Of a DNA stretch of 64,000 nt, positions 61,769-64,000 are shown one piece after another (position 1 is the stretch's first letter; every line of letters begins with the position of its first letter). A model generated the notes under the pieces. That model saw only the letters and a program-made list of their open reading frames with translations. It did not search any database and had not been told where the DNA came from. Both the position numbers and the translations under genes were made by a program. This DNA comes from Lepidodermella squamata (taxonomy: Eukaryota > Animalia > Gastrotricha), in assembly GCA_047495785.1 (NCBI GenBank), contig JBLDXI010000054.1, forward strand, positions 992,001-1,056,000. The letters run 5' to 3'.

Positions 61769-63089
61769 TTATAGTGCGATAGATGATACACGTGCCGATG
61801 TTCGAGCAGAAACGCGAGCAGAAACGCTTCGAAACAATTTGTTTTTCAAACTCATAAATTTATCCAAAACCGTCTCCACGTGAGATGGCGTTACGCATTG
61901 CAGACCAGCGTTGATAAACATGCCTGTGATCATGCAAAACAACCCGAATCGTCTCGTCCAGCCGAATTCAGCTCGAACTGAACCAAGGGCCCATGTACAC
62001 ATGACAAACACTGAGTAGAAAGTGGGTAAATAACTTAGGACGAAAAATATGAACAAAGCGATGGAAAGTTTGACGAGATAGATCTCTTTTCGCTGCCATT
62101 CAGCTAGATTCACTTGGGGACGAGAACTGACACTTGACTTTGAAGGGTACATAGACAAGTTTGAACTTCGGAAGGATCCATGTGTGCCTTGACGTGAGTT
62201 CTTCAGCCGATCGATAGCTTTGAAGATTTTGTAGTAATTCAAGGCTAGGTAAGTTGTGGCTGATGTGAATAGTATTGAGTAGTAGGCTAGGGGTAGGATT
62301 GTTGTGTCGAAATCCCCAGAGATGCTATAGTCCCAATCGCCACAGACTAGGACTGGAGTGTTGTTGTTAGCCCCTTCTATGATAATCCATTGAGTTGAAA
62401 ACGTGTGATAAGGCCACCAGGCGAAGCCTGCACTCGATACTAAGCAGAAGATTAAAAGAATGAGACAGGCCGCGAAAATCTACGAAAAATCTAAGAATTA
62501 CGACAAATTGTCAAAATCACGCGCAATTCACCTTTATAGTACTAGCTTTGTAGTTGAGCTTATTCGATGATATGCATAGACGTCTTTCATAAGAAATCAC
62601 TGCATCGATCAATGCTCCCCAACCTCCAATCCCCCAGATTAGCCAGGGTGTTGTAGTACAAGCCTCAGGGGCAGATTCCCACCAGCCAGTTCTCAGGGTA
62701 GACAACAAACCGTGGCAGTAGCAGATCGTGAATGCAAAGCTTCGAAAGTGGAGGAAGCAAGTCAGCATCAGGAAGTCTCGCTTCACACCCCGTCGAACGT
62801 AGACGTAGACGTTCGCGATTGATGCGATTATCGTGAGGCAGGACATCACGACACAGGCTGCCGTCCAGCCTAATCTTTCTGCCAAAGTCGTTGACGCAAC
62901 GTCGTGGTAGAAACCGACGAAGTACGGCTTCGCTTTTCCGTATCCTCTGTCTGGGATCTCAACCTCTAGCCAAGCTCTACTGATGATTTTAGCTATAGGA
63001 TAGGCTGGTGTGGCTCTATTCCTGTAAATCGCCAGAGATACATTCATGTTAGATGATAAAAAAGAAGAGTTGCTGCTTGAAAAGTTCAT
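61769..63089 (-). CDS. Divergent class A 7TM receptor G7, most divergent member; intron 62480-62531; start 63089 or 63047
   Basis: AWLEVEIPDRGYGKAKPYFVGFYHDV, ISYERRLCIS, LVCGDWDYS, WQRKEIYLVK conserved. Confidence 0.85.
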
Positions 63090-64000
63090 CCTTTGTGAAC
63101 AAAAATGACATATAATGTCAGCGAGATTACTTTTGATACAACCGAACGGGCCTAATCGCGATGGTGACACACCTTCATCCGGCTCAGGTTTCGATTTGTG
63201 GTCGAATTTGGATGACAATCAAGACACATTTCATTGCTGAGAAAATGATCGTCCACAGGATGCTTAGATAGAGCTGCTTAGTGCAGTTTCGCGACTAAGC
63301 TATGACGCCTGGATAGAAAGAATTATTTTTATAGCAGAAAACCCCAGTTCCCCAGTTCCAATGCTTCGCCTATGATTTATGATTTGGAAAACTGACCTAT
63401 TACGTAGATTTGTAATAAGAATCTCTACTGTAGGTTGCAAACTCTCAACCTTCAGCCTAACACGCTTCGATCGGTCCAGCATGCGTTGGCGAATTAATAT
63501 TTTTGGATATAGAATCGCGCCGGTTTTTACTGAAATTAAAATTTATTGAAATTACAATCGATAAAAATAGGAATAAGATTTTTCCAGGTAACCAATCGAC
63601 AGGCAGATAGCTCTACATTTTAAACTTGAAACTTCAAGCATTGCACTGAAATACACTGTTTTTCAATTCATTTTCAGGTTCATGGAGTGGCTAGCTCTAC
63701 ATGGATGCGACGTCAAAGCCTAAAATCAGTTAAAAACGCACTTGACCGAATGAAATACCATATATGTACGCCCACGCTAGATCGATATGCATTCACGAAT
63801 TTTGACTCTTCATATTGATAAAACTTCACACTTCTCAGCATCGCCGCTTTTTTGAGCCTGATCTTTGTTTTTAATCTTGAATCCTTCTGCTATTGAAACT
63901 GTTGTGAACCAATATATGCAACAGTGAAAGTCCAAAGTGTGCAAAAGCTCAGCTCAAAGAACGCGTTTTGAAGAAAATCCATAATCCAGCATTGAATTAA

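Noticed and set aside
38181-63089. Calling G1-G7 true opsins
   Set aside because: No lysine at the K296-equivalent site; the WxRK lysine is 13 residues before the TM7 Asn and is Arg in G7

Overview
Compact, AT-rich eukaryotic (almost certainly invertebrate animal) genomic DNA with mostly ~50-nt GT-AG introns, so most ORF-track entries are exons or shadow ORFs. The species cannot be determined from the sequence; intron size fits a compact genome such as a larvacean tunicate, but this is unverified. The window is a receptor island. The left half (1-31.3 kb) has seven divergent class C GPCR genes of GABA-B-like architecture (Venus flytrap + 7TM, no cysteine-rich domain, very short C-tail): five multi-exon family A genes (one partial) and two intronless family B genes. 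The right half (38-63 kb) is a tandem array of seven two-exon, minus-strand, divergent class A 7TM genes with opsin-like features but no retinal lysine. Five LITAF zinc-domain genes are interleaved, each co-oriented and downstream of a GPCR gene or of another LITAF gene. Singletons are an actinoporin-like secreted protein, an SGSM/RUTBC-like TBC protein with substituted catalytic fingers, a signal-peptide ankyrin-repeat protein and a fucosyltransferase-like glycosyltransferase. Mobile DNA comprises two TTAA-flanked piggyBac-type non-autonomous elements, a nested TA-flanked Tc1/mariner-type MITE, a ~150-bp MITE family, a truncated LINE fragment and a 3 x 134-bp tandem repeat. All gene models were spliced by eye and no database searches were run.
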